Shown here piece by piece: positions 39,831 to 55,350 of a stretch of DNA of 64,000 nucleotides. Position 1 is the first letter of the stretch. Each line of letters begins with the position of its first letter. Source of the DNA: Eledone cirrhosa (Eukaryota); NCBI GenBank assembly GCA_964016885.1, contig OZ024746.1, forward strand, positions 36,208,001 through 36,272,000, in the 5' to 3' direction. The position numbers were made by a program, and so were the translations under genes. The notes below the pieces were generated by a model, which saw only the letters and a list, made by a program, of their open reading frames with translations, did no database searches and was not told the DNA's origin.

Positions 39831-39835
<5 letters not shown>
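38761..39835 (+). repeat. 494-bp tandem repeat (2 units + ~85 bp) bounded by (TA)n
   Basis: attgcaccgacgtgag at 38761, 39255 and 39749; units differ by only a few bases; each has CTGATGA and GAAA motifs. Confidence 0.92.
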
Positions 39836-39895
<60 letters not shown>

Positions 39896-40082
39896 TATTG
39901 GTAAACGGAATAGAAAATGCTGACAAATTGTTCACAGTGATAAATAGTTTAATTAGGAATAAGTGAGAATCAGTAATATTATTGGTTAGTATTCAGTTTT
40001 GGTTTGAAGTTTTACCGGTTGCGCATTTCCAATGCTTTTCAAAAACAATTCTGAGATAGAGCGTCCGTGATGTTTGCTCTGA

Positions 40083-40143
<61 letters not shown>

Positions 40144-40804
40144 CCACATAGATAGCGAAGTAGTGAAGAATGTATGTGTTATACGTGTGTGTGAGGTGGT
40201 GTTACGTTTGGGCATGCGTGTGAGCTTTGTGGTTACGTGTCATTGTAAATCTCTACGTCACATGTTCGCCTTTAAGGATATTATTTTAGTAAACTAGTGA
40301 TTTTAATATATGTGTGAATGAGAATTTACTATTTGAAAAGATGTCAATCGTTTATGTGTATATAATCTAAACTTCTGGGTAATTTTTAATTATATATATC
40401 TGAAACCGATGTTCATCAATAACATTCTCAACAATGTAATTCAAAACATCGATGTGTTTAGTATATCACTGGCTATATTTCGTGATAAATTGACAATCTG
40501 ATTTTGGCTCTTTTAAAAGAAATAGCCTGTTTTTTGATTTTGCTAAATTGTTATATTTACAACATTAGCTGATTTAGGGCATTAAAATGTCTTTGATTGT
40601 GTATATATGTTAATTCAAATCAATGTCGCATTCATAGTCTGTACCGGCCACATGCTTAGCAAACACATATATACATTCTTTCATGTCTGTCTCACTAACT
40701 CCACGTCTCTCTCTCTCTCTCTCTCTCTCTCTTGCAACCTATCTACCTACCTATATATATACACACATATCTATATTTAGCTACATACACACACACACAC
40801 GCAC

Positions 40805-40897
<93 letters not shown>

Positions 40898-43664
40898 TGT
40901 ACATTCGACTGATATTTATACATATTTACATGTGGTAAATTTATATATATGTGTATGTATGTGTCTGTATCTGTTTGTGTGTGTGTGTGTGTGTGTGTGT
41001 TTACCTATGTTTATAAGTGTGGAGGATTTCTAGGAAAACGAACGTTAAATAATGATGATGATGATGTAGATATTTATTTTAGACGTGGTAAAAGTGTATG
41101 GAAAACACGCATATCATCGAACTAACTACCAATCAATAGAAGCAGAATCAGAACATGAACATAGTGTTTAAAAAAAAATCATAAAATGTTATATTAACAT
41201 ATAGCTTTCATGTTAACAAACATATGTAGACATTGCGTGACAATAATTGAAAAGAAAATTGGACACTGACCAATATTTGTAATGCTAATATGATTTTAAA
41301 TAAGCAGTCGTGGTGTACTACTTTGTAGGCGGTGATATTTAGTAGTGTGCATTTGTGGCCGGCTGATGGGGATGTTCGATGGTTGGTGCTTTTGACATTA
41401 TATGGTGGAATGATAATAGAGCTATTCATATAGTTTTTATAGAGAACACGAATATTATAATGCAATACTACAAGCACTGATAACACATTAAATCTTAAAT
41501 TCCCATAATAATTTTTCTAGACAAGTAAGTTGTTAATCGTTGGAATGACATCGTACTAATGCCCATGTCTTCACACACATATACATGTACACATGCACAG
41601 TTGTATACACTAACACATGCATGCTAATAATTCATGGAAACTTCAACTACGCCGATATAGTCATATATAAATCAGTGTCTGTTGTTGCTGACGTGCGTTA
41701 CGCTCTATTAAAACTGGCCAAATTAGTTTACATCTGAAAAAAAAATTATTGATATTTGTTCACACTTTTGGTTTGTTTGTTTCTTAAGGCAGTTCTGTAT
41801 GTCATTGTAGTTCGCAATATTTGATGGTGAAGATGCAAAGTCAGGGATAAACCGTATTCCTACTTTACTCTGTAGCCATGATTATTATCTTTCTGGATAT
41901 TATACTTATTTTCATTAAACAAATAATATTCCACTGGCGAATGATTGCAACCATTTGAACTACAATTTTCATTGTGTGCCTTGTTAAATTCATAATAGAT
42001 AAATAATCCGAGAAAAACATAATAAAGTTAATACAGCCACAATTAGAATTGAATAGGCGTACGACTCGAAGTTCCTATTATTCTCGGTATTCTAATCCAT
42101 ACTATTGGTATTTTCTATCATTGTTTTGTTCTATTGATTAACATTAGGTCAATAAATCTCTCGCATTTAATCCAACATGATTCATTTACAAAATTAATAT
42201 AAAATAAACACTCATCAAACGTTCAGAGATTTATAAAAATATTTGGTCAGGAGACTTTTAAAATATAACACTAAAATCACAGAATAACCCTCCCTAGTAT
42301 TCATATGGATATCAACACGTCTATAAATATGTAAACGTAAACAGTGTTACAGAGCAACAAGTGAAAAAAATATAAATGCGAGTAAGTATTATGTAATGGC
42401 ACAAACTGTACAATAGATAGCATTTGGAAAAGTGATCTTATTGTTATTAACGACGATATAGCATTTATCCAGAATTGAACTGAAAAGATCTCGCATAAAC
42501 AACAATGCAAATATAAGCATTTCGTCGCATAGAACCTGTCCGGTCCATTCTGAATTTGTAAAGATCTAATAATACATTAATCACCTGTAGAAAAGTTGAA
42601 AATTGACAAATAAGTATTAGATGCAGATATGTTTCAATAAATACTAAATCAATGAATTGTAATTTTTTTAGGGATTTCTCAAACAGAATTTCTTATGAAT
42701 TTAAACATATCTATTAGCCTTGAACATCATACTAATGTTCAAATAATTAATTGCATTTCCTTGAAGATGGAGCGAATATTATTTCACTCAAATTTATATC
42801 TATAATTTGTTGTTAAACATTACGTCTCCATAATTCCAATCTCTATGTTTCACTGCCTGAATATGTAATGCATTGTCATATATAATTGCGAAACAGATTG
42901 CTGCCAGATCCATGGAGTATAAACTGCTTCCCTTGTTATTTCTTTTATTTTCTATGAATTGTGTTTGATAACGACAAATTTTGGCTCCAAAGTCAATGTT
43001 AGAATATAATTTAGAGAAACACTTCCTGATTGTACAACATATTTTCTAGGATTTCTAGTGACATTATTTATTATAAAATCCGTTATCCACCTTCCGATAT
43101 GATGCTTCTAAAATAAACTCACTTCGTTATCTATAAACATTTTTAGCAGAGTATATAGATTAGAAGAGTGCTGAACGTAGATACCATTTTCAGAATGATG
43201 ATACTATTTATAACATTGGTCTCTGTATCACCTCGGTTCCACGCAGTGAATGGAAAAACAATATCTAATAATACATTACCAAACAATAATGTTACCAGTT
43301 ATTTGAATATATGACTTTAATATTTATGGGATTTCTTTTATTAGGTATATATACATAATGAGTACTCCAAGGTCAAATATTATGTAAAATAGTGATAAAG
43401 AATCTCTTTTCCTAGCAAATCCATGCATGATAATTATAAGGATTAATTATAACCATGTCTATATTTCATAATATATCACTCTTAGTACATCAGCTAATGA
43501 ACAGCACATAAGAATATCAACAAAGTGACAACGATATTAAATGTTGGGTCTAAGGGATAACTCTGTGTGATAATAAGCTCCTCTGGATCTACGAAGCACA
43601 CATTCTAAATACAATTCCAAACGATAAACATGTGTGCATATAAACAAAAGAATATTCAAAAGTA

Positions 43665-45100
43665 TTGATAATTATTATCATCAGTGTAACCACAACGAAC
43701 ATTCGTGGCAATATATACCCCCATTTCATGATTTATATTGCTCCTGATAACAGCTCCCTACTTAGGTATGTATTATCTGAGAGTTGTTCGATGAAGGTTC
43801 AAGTAGTTTTACCTCTAGGTCGTTTCCCAAGATTCGGCTTTCCCAACTGTAGCTTGTGTGTGTATACCGCCCTGCTTCCATCCCCGTTAATGTCCTGCAA
43901 ATCGTAACCGTCTTTCAACAATTGTAGTTGTTGCTATCCTAGGCAAGTTGCCGTATAAATATCATTTTTAATACATTAAGACGATTTTATGTTTTGTACA
44001 ATCATAAACATTTAATTATATGCAGCATATTGTTTCTTTTCAAGAGTTAGAATCAGGATTCATGCAGCAGCAATGATTCACCAGAGGTTCTGAAGAATGC
44101 TATTTTGGTTACTCTGGGTATATTTAATTCCCATATCGTTTCCATTTCTTTCTTTTTAGACCAGACGTTGAAGTTCTAAAGGTAATGTCCTTTTTTTAAC
44201 TCATCCTGTTGCTCAAATAGAGAAAGTCATTCACTCAATTTAGTATTCCACCATCCAGTGTGATATAATTCATATCATGTGTAGAAAAATGTTCCTGCTA
44301 GAGTATACAACTTTCTGAAGAAGTTTTTGATTTTCATCAATGGTATTTGATAGATAATCTATCTCACCAGCAAACACTTTATCACATACATGAGTTGATG
44401 AGTTTCTCTTATTTTTCCTTTCTTGTAAATTCAAAGCCGTTAAAATATTACGTTTGTTGAATTATAGGTGAGGTAATCTAAATATTTGGTTACATCATCG
44501 ATGGTTAAATCAATAACCGTTTTATATTATCTGCAAAATCCTCACACATAAATGTGATATCGCCTATTGATCCAGGTTCAATGACATTTCATATTATTTC
44601 ATGAGATCAGTGGTGACAGAAATGTGAGCCAATGTACCATATTGTAGGTCACCAGCGAATATTTAAAACAAATTCTGCCACCATCATGTGAAACCTGAGC
44701 TACTGTCTCTGTTTAGAGTACATTTACAGCAAAGACTATGACATGAGGTATACCATATGCAATTATGATTGCTATCAGCTTTCTCCTATTGACAGAGAGA
44801 CAAAAGCCTTTGAGACTTCAATGAGAGTTAGTAGAGCTTCCACGTTTTTTATTGATCTAATGCCTTCTACTAGACTTCGCAGTGCCAGTATTTGTGAGAT
44901 AATGGATATATTCTGTTTCAAACCACTTTGATTTAACGTGTTTTGAGCCTAGATGTGGCCTTATTGTGTTTAGTATCATCCTCTTGTATATTTTAGCAGG
45001 AACTACTGACGAATTAATTCCTCTGTAATTTGATACGTATCCCAGGTAACCATTCTTGGGAAGACACAATATTCCTCCTGTTCACATTTTCGAAAATAAA
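43665..45100 (-). mobile_element. Highly decayed RTE-like LINE
   Basis: SNYRGI...AKIYKRMILNTIRPHL at 44930-45050; WxP..GKRPRG-like 3' segment at ~43780-43860; (gat/aat)n tail. Confidence 0.6.
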
Positions 45101-45724
45101 TTTGGCAGATTTCAAGTATGTTCCTGTTAGCACAAGATAATATAGAATTTCATTGACCCAGTAACAGTACATGATATCATATTTGTGTGTGATGATTTTA
45201 CTGACAGAATATATCGGTTTTTGAGGTAACCATCGATTGTATAAACGAATATCTGGATTATATCACCTATTATTCAACAAACGTATTAAGGATTTTCAAC
45301 AAATTGACATCAATGCACACTGATATATGAAATAGCATACGATTATTAAGGCAATATAAATATATATATATATATATATCTTGAAAGGTTTGTTTTTTTC
45401 CCGACGGTAAGAAAAGTATTGGAACAGTGAAACGAAATGTTCCTAATAAACTAAACAAAAAAAGCAAAAACAGCAAGAACAAAAATCAGAAAGATTAATA
45501 TTGTGTTGGCGTTGACTAAGAATAAAACATATGATCTTTTATACATGAAGCTATCTAACCGTTTTGAATATTGTTTGAGAAATACAAAGAAAAAGAAAAT
45601 TTACGAATATTTTGTTTGACAATATCTGCACACATTCTGAATTGATATGTCTACGTCCATACTTGACTCATGCTTGTAAGGCGTCTTCTAGGTGTTTACC
45701 TTGAACAGCTTCTGGTCTTCCGGC

Positions 45725-45754
<30 letters not shown>

Positions 45755-45755
<1 letters not shown>

Positions 45756-46092
45756 GGTGCAAAGAAATTGTTGCGTCCGGTCCGTAGACAGTATGTCGGG
45801 TGAGCACTCGATGCTCGCGCAGAGCAGTGTATAATAGTATTATAATAAAGGGTGAAAGAGTCACTGTTGCATCATAACATGTTTAATAACCTATTACATA
45901 TGTTTCTCTGTCTATCAGCTCGGGAAACGAATTAGTATTGCTCAAATCTGACTCTGAGACGAGATTACATATTTGGCATATCTGAGGATGTTTCAATTCC
46001 AGAGTCAGGTTCGATAAAAAAAACATCCATCCGCGAGCTGATCGACATTAAAACATATGTAATATGTTATTAAATATGTTCCTTTATTCTTA

Positions 46093-46095
<3 letters not shown>
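45755..46095. mobile_element. PLE pLTR (family C) with inverted partner and long-stem-II HHR
   Basis: 45875-45960 is inverted relative to 46000-46082; gcatat-CTGAGGA(45982)...aaaa-catatg-TA-atatgt; related to 50945-51165. Confidence 0.65.
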
Positions 46096-46126
<31 letters not shown>

Positions 46127-46459
46127 TATACTCAATTTCCTCTCCCAATTAGTATAATCAACCAAACAAAAAAGCAATTAAACCAGGCTATAAGATTAAA
46201 AGGCCACCGTAAAGAAATAATAGATAAATAAACGATAGCCATTTATTCGCCATCAACAGCCATAGAATATTTACCCATCATTTCAATAGCACGTGGAAAT
46301 CGATTAAATATATCGTCAACTATACACAATTAGATATAAAATAAAAGTTAGAAGAAAAAATACATATACACATACCAGGATTACGTTTCTCTCTCTCCCT
46401 ATATATATATATATGTGTGTGTGTGTGTGGGGGTGTGGGTGTATATATATATATATATA

Positions 46460-46937
46460 TTAGAAAGTGGGATTTTTTTTACAAAATGAAAAATAGCCGA
46501 GGTGTCCTACACGAGTGAAAGTATAAAGAAAAAAAGATGAAATCGAAAATGCAACTGGAGTCTTATTTAAAAAAAATATATTTATATTTATTTGGTTCCT
46601 TTACCGGTTTCGCAGTTCTTCTGCTTTTCAAAAGTATAGTTGAAATGAAGGGTCTGTGGTTTTTCTCACATCTGGTTGGTCTTTGAATGTTACTTGTTTT
46701 ATATGGAAAAAAGTGGCTCGAAACGCCAGTTTTTAGAAAAGTAATTTGATTGATTGGTCAATAAGTATAATACATTTCACGCCAGTTCGCGTTACAAAAT
46801 TCTTCAAGCAAGGGAGGGGGGGGGGTCAGGTTGTTATTACCATAAGAAAGCAGAAGAACTGCGAAACCGGTAAAAGAAAATATATATATTTTTTAAAAAA
46901 TAAGACTCTAGTTGCATTTTCTATTTCATCATTTTTC

Positions 46938-46940
<3 letters not shown>
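46460..46940 (-). mobile_element. PLE pLTR (family E) plus inverted fragment
   Basis: Reverse complement of 12110-12480; HHR TTGAAAA-gcag/ctgc-GAAA-ccgg-TA at 46598-46634; 46845-46940 is the inverted copy. Confidence 0.8.
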
Positions 46941-46998
<58 letters not shown>

Positions 46999-47296
46999 CT
47001 TTGACGATGTTATTTATATATCAAAATATATGAATAATATATGTAATTAAGCAGAGATCATATTCTTGAGTCAATAATCAAATTATTTTATATGAAATAA
47101 TTATAACACGCATAGGAGAAGCAAACAGATGCATGCAAATACCCATACATACACACATGCACACGAAGTTATACACACACACACACATATTATTTGAATC
47201 ATAGATGTGTATCTGATCTAGCTCATTGCTAACAACAAAGTAGAACTTGAGCAGCCTTTACTATATGCACAGAAACACACGCACACTTGAATATAT

Positions 47297-49610
<2,314 letters not shown>

Positions 49611-49699
49611 TTGAGAAACATAGTATTTTGTACACAATCTTAATGCAAATAATATTCAGGAAATATTATACATAAAGTGTAAACATTTATATTCCTTAG

Positions 49700-50445
49700 A
49701 GTACTGTTTCAAACATCCAAGGCACATTAGACAAGTTGAGACCGTGTGAATTAACCGACTATGAAGTCGTCATTGATCATCTATCCGTACCATGTGGGTT
49801 GGAGCTCACCATATTATTAAGGTAGTTTGTACACTGTGGGATATATCACAAGCCATTTCCTCTGATGAGTATCTCCTTGACTTTCATAGGCGTTTATCGG
49901 ACTCGAGAATCGATTACTTGGATCGATTTTCATTTGCCTATTGACTCTTGGGTCTGTGACACAGAAGTGTCAGGAAGATTCCTGACACATTTCTATCCAC
50001 CTTCAAGTCCATTTCTTAATGAAGCGAACGATTATGTCTAACTTGAAATCTTCTTTAGGACGAATAATGAAACCACTCCTGTACTTTCTCAATCCATTGA
50101 TCTTCTATGCTAGCTTCGTCCAAAATTTCCATCTGCTTTTGTTACACAGAACTGTCACTATGCACGACGTTCATATTTCCCACATATTTTTTCGGCTGAA
50201 ATCTTCTCAATCTTCTCTTCACCTTCAAATGTCGTTACGGTGAATACCGTCATTCCAGTGATTCAGTGTGTTCTTTTCCGCTGTGATAGTAATATCGTAT
50301 CTGACCTTGTCTAATACATTTTACAGATTTTTAGCGATGATATTTTACTTCCTCAACACGTGGATTCATATTCAGTCTATCTGCATAGAATCACAGACAG
50401 GTGAACTCCTACATAGATGGCGTTTGGACAATGCATTTTTCCGAA
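49700..50445 (-). mobile_element. Possible decayed RTE-like LINE 3' region
   Basis: Only scattered resemblance to RT thumb/C-terminal sequence; no open frame. Confidence 0.3.
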
Positions 50446-50454
50446 ACGCGATAA

Positions 50455-50944
<490 letters not shown>

Positions 50945-50945
<1 letters not shown>

Positions 50946-51165
50946 GGTGTTGGATGCTTAAAGCGTCCGTTTACGGTAGACCGTTTGAGAACTCGATGCT
51001 CTCATAGAGTAGAGTATGATATCACAGCAAAAAAGAGAATCAGTGTTGCGACGAATGGAATTTATTGGGCATATTACAATCGTTTCTCTGGCGACAAGCT
51101 CGAGGCACGATCGATGTGATGATCGAACATGACTCTAAACATCGCATGGTCCTCAGATACGTATT
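50945..51165 (-). mobile_element. Family C-related pLTR with long-stem-II HHR
   Basis: Minus strand: cgtat-CTGAGGA(51156-51150)...GAAA-c-gatt-g-TA-atatg; 3' part resembles 45760-45890. Confidence 0.6.
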
Positions 51166-51230
51166 GATTCTACGAAGCAGAATTTCCTAATTAGGGTATC
51201 ACGGTAGAAAATTTAGTCCAACCTCGGGGT

Positions 51231-51316
51231 GTCTCTTGATAAGCTCCAAGCCTCGTGGATAAATCCAGGATCGGATATATACGCAAAAAAGGAGCGAAAC
51301 TGCCGACAGTCAGGAC
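51231..51316 (+). ncRNA. Hammerhead with U3:A8 core and true stem III hairpin
   Basis: gtctc-TTGATAA-gctcc...ggagc-GAAA-ctg-ccga-cag-TC-aggac; followed by the repeat family also seen at 2740-3050. Confidence 0.7.
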
Positions 51317-51631
51317 TAGAGGAATGTTGGTAAAGATAATAAGCATTTTTTCTTCCAACTTATATTTTAGACCTAACACCGTTTAGTTTATTATTTGTCT
51401 AGTCAATTTCTACGAGCTAAAAGGAATGACTAGATAATTTTATCTGGCTGTCCCTCGCGGAAAATAGTCTGTATCAGTTGCCTATTATTTATTCATAGTT
51501 ACATTTTAAACTTATAGCCTCGTTTAAATGTTAAAATGATTATTTATTTGGTTGATTTCTACGGACTAGGGAGAGAAAATTCTGTACATATTTTATCTAA
51601 TAATTCTTCAAATTTATAATTTTATATATAC

Positions 51632-51678
<47 letters not shown>

Positions 51679-51749
51679 CATATATATATATATAAACTGA
51701 CACACACACTGACACACACAGACACACACACATACATATATATATTTAC

Positions 51750-51795
<46 letters not shown>

Positions 51796-53204
51796 ATGTG
51801 TGTGTGTGTGTGTGTGTGAGTCTATGTTATGTGAGTGTGTGACAGTATTTGCATGTGTGTACGTTTGTAACTATGTGTGTTGGGATGGGCCGTGGACTAA
51901 ACTAGCCGGAGCATCCACAGATTGTTCTGTGGTTATCGATGTAACCGCATGTCAACAATATATATATATGTACATACATAGATATATATATTTTTTCTAA
52001 TATATAGTGGCAATTTAGTGTATGCACCATTAAATTGTTCATATTCTCGAGCTGGCGGCATATAATGCTATTTTAGTGACCTTCACCGTGTACTTTAGTT
52101 GCGCTAAGGCTATACGACTATGAAAGCTATACCTCGATGCGATGTTAAACTACGTTCTTGCGAAATTGCTCAACTGATATAAATATATATTTTGAAATAT
52201 ACATTTATACAAAGAATTCCGTTTCACTTTACATGATATCCGCTGAATATGAGCTCATTTTCCTTTTTGCGTTTGTATATGTGTTGTTATTGATTCAAAG
52301 AATACATAAAAGCTTTCTTGTGTTCAACAAATATTGAAAGTAATCGTAAAGTTTGTTTAAAGACTTTAACAACTTAGATTACATCAATTGAATCCAAAAT
52401 GCATCATGGAAAATGTGCTTGTTTGTTTGTTTCGTTTGCAGTTTTTATTATTTTTTTTTCTTGCTTTGTTGGACGTTTTGTTATTTCATTATATTTAATC
52501 GTGTGTATTTTTTTCTTTCTCTAGGCGCATTTAATAGAATATTTTAAATGACACCTTTTATCAACAATAAGAGACACATAGCTATTTCTGTTAAGTAGTT
52601 TTCTATTTATTACCTTCTTGTTTCTATTCCCCATCATTTATTATTATTTTATTGATGTTACTGCATTTTTGTAAAAGTTGTTTTATATAATTTTTGTTTT
52701 TATTGTAGTTTTATAATTGTTTTTCTTTGTTCCACGATGCTATCAACTTTCCATGTACTTAACAATCACCAATAGAATTTTGCCCGACATATTGACGAGT
52801 TCAAGATAATAAATATTCTAGACGATATGTTGTAGATGTCATTAGCTTACATAATGATACGCAGTACCATTATAGAAAAGGAAAGTACATTTAAGTAAAA
52901 ATAACAACAAAAATATATATTTAAGAAAAACATCCCTAATCCTACAAATGGTGGACATGTATTAGAAGTAATACCAGTTGTTGATTATTATTATGAAATT
53001 ATGTTATGAATTGACATAAAACAGCTGAATTATTCCTGTCTCAGTAGCAATCAATAGAATCACCTGAGAGTATTTCGAAGACAACATTGAACAGCGAGAG
53101 ACGTACTGATCTTGGTCAAACACTTAGGGATATTACCCTAATATTTCACATAAATCAAATGCACTCATCTAAAAAAAGAAAAGTAAATAATTTAGGCCTT
53201 CGGT

Positions 53205-53305
53205 ATAGATAATAATTGTTTCTACTTTTGGCACAAGGCCAGCGATTACCCAGTGTATTACTGCTTCTTTATTTTATCGACCCCGTAAGGCAAAGTTAAC
53301 CTTGG
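53205..53305 (-). mobile_element. SINE 3' fragment
   Basis: Reverse complement resembles 36180-36267 (cttacggggtcgataaaataaag...ggccttgtgccaaaagtagaaac); an older copy lies at ~53740-53875. Confidence 0.6.
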
Positions 53306-54219
53306 ATATAGATAATAATGATTACATTGGTATTTTCGTCAGGCTGAATATCAGGCTGAGCAAGATCAGATACATGACGTAACAGTTTCTCAATTCTGAA
53401 CTCCACCACCAATTTACCATGCATATGAAGAACTTGGACATGTTGCAATCGATTTTGAATGAAATATATAGAAATACATTGTTGTTTATCTAAACGTATT
53501 TCAGATTGTAATAGGCAAAACGCCACTGCAAATGCTGGTCATGAAAATTTCAAAAGGTAAATATGATTGCATGAGAGAGGAATAAACAATTAATTTCACA
53601 CCAGATATTGATGATGATATTGTAAATATCTAGAAACGATGATTATAAGTTGGAAAAGTTTATTGTTTCAAAGGAACTGCGAAGGAATCAAAAGGAAATG
53701 AAAACGAGTGTGTTAAAACCGAACATTGTCATGTCAAATTGATTTCTAATTTTGTCTCATGGCCAGCAATTTCGGGGAGAAGGCAAAGTGGATTTTAGCA
53801 ACCCCAGTAATTGATTTGTACATTATTTTATCTAATTTGGAAGGATGTGTGTCAAAGGTGACCCAGGTGAGTATAATTGCAATATGCAGAGGATACCATC
53901 ATAGAAAGGCAAATAACTTCTATTATGGACCGATATAAGCACATAAGCAACGTTACGAGAATACTAAATATGAAGCAGATTTGCTTTCTGATATATTGCT
54001 ATAAAAAAGAAGATTCAACTCATTGAATTGAAGTAAATGTTGAGATATTTCACACAGCATTTATTTCCAGAATAATAGACAATCCCTGCTAATCAACTTG
54101 CAGTAGACAGATTCATATTAGGCGTCATGTATTTAGTTATCAGCTCGGTTTCTTGAAAATTGGGTTATGTGGAGTTTTATATCACGTCGACTCCATAGAA
54201 TGAAAATCATATTGATTAT

Positions 54220-55095
54220 TTAATACGCCGAAAGAGCTAATAGGTCTGTATCATATGCCCTTATATAACTCAGTTGCCTATGAAAATTAAACGTAGATTT
54301 AAATTGGCAAACCATTTTGTGATACAAAAACACATTCGTGAAATGGTTTAATATATTACCGAGAAGATAATATATGAACGCGTCCGCTTGAAACATATCT
54401 TCTTGTTTGGTAAGTATTGCAACCAGTAACGCAAAGGTATTCGTGATGACGAAAATGAAATTGTTAAGCAGAATTAGCTTAAGCGATTTGATAGCATGTT
54501 TTGATGACTTAAGCCTTCCTCCTGAAGTGGGCCGATGAAAAAGTTTGAAAATAATAGCAACATTACATGATCCCATTATAGTAGAAGGCAGCATACCCTG
54601 TATAGCTAAATCTATATAGAAAAAGTATTTGTATTTATAAAAGCACACATTATCTTCCCGAAGGTAAATGACAGCCAGTGAGGTATATGGCAAAGATAAA
54701 ATGAGTATTATCAATAGTACAATTATGGCAAACGATGCACTGCATTTTACGCGGTGAATTATAGGATAAAAAATACAAAAGGCCCGTTCAATGCCGATAG
54801 TCGTTGTAATCCAAGTTGAAATAAATCCAAAAAAGGCAGTAACTAAAAAGACAAATCTGCATAAGTGTTTTATGTCATTCAGGATGCTTATTTCGTACAA
54901 ATGGGACATGACAATGATTCCGTAGCCAAACATTGCAATTGTATCAGTAACATTCAAAGTTAATATATAAATCCATAGTTTTGAGCGCCTCGCTTTCTGT
55001 CTGACAATTGACACAAAACAATATGTGTTAGTCAGAGAACCAACGCATATTAGGAATATTAAAACGCATTCCTTTACTACGTGTTCAATTTCCAT
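54220..55095 (-). CDS. Class A orphan GPCR, intronless CDS, paralogue of 5210-6109
   Basis: 291 aa from ATG 55095; GSLTN, LNVTD, C...[29 protein letters not shown]; polypyrimidine-AG acceptor at 55119-55118 with an in-frame TGA before the ATG implies an upstream non-coding exon. Confidence 0.9.
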   Translation of the reverse strand: MEIEHVVKECVLIFLICVGSLTNTYCFVSIVRQKARRSKLWIYILTLNVTDTIAMFGYGIIVMSHLYEISILNDIKHLCRFVFLVTAFFGFISTWITTTIGIERAFCIFYPIIHRVKCSASFAIIVLLIILILSLPYTSLAVIYLREDNVCFYKYKYFFYIDLAIQGMLPSTIMGSCNVAIIFKLFHRPTSGGRLKSSKHAIKSLKLILLNNFIFVITNTFALLVAILTKQEDMFQADAFIYYLLGNILNHFTNVFLYHKMVCQFKSTFNFHRQLSYIRAYDTDLLALSAY

Positions 55096-55162
55096 CTTTC
55101 CCGGCAAGCGTCAATTCCTATAAAAAAAAAGAAACGATTACTAGCATGTACTAATACATCCA

Positions 55163-55350
<188 letters not shown>

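Noticed and set aside
41000-43600. Short hydrophobic ORFs as a third GPCR pseudogene
   Set aside because: No GPCR motifs; consistent with AT-rich non-coding DNA.
55096-55107. TTG start (MPGK) for the second GPCR
   Set aside because: Non-ATG start from the ORF caller; ATG 55095 follows a splice acceptor and an in-frame stop.
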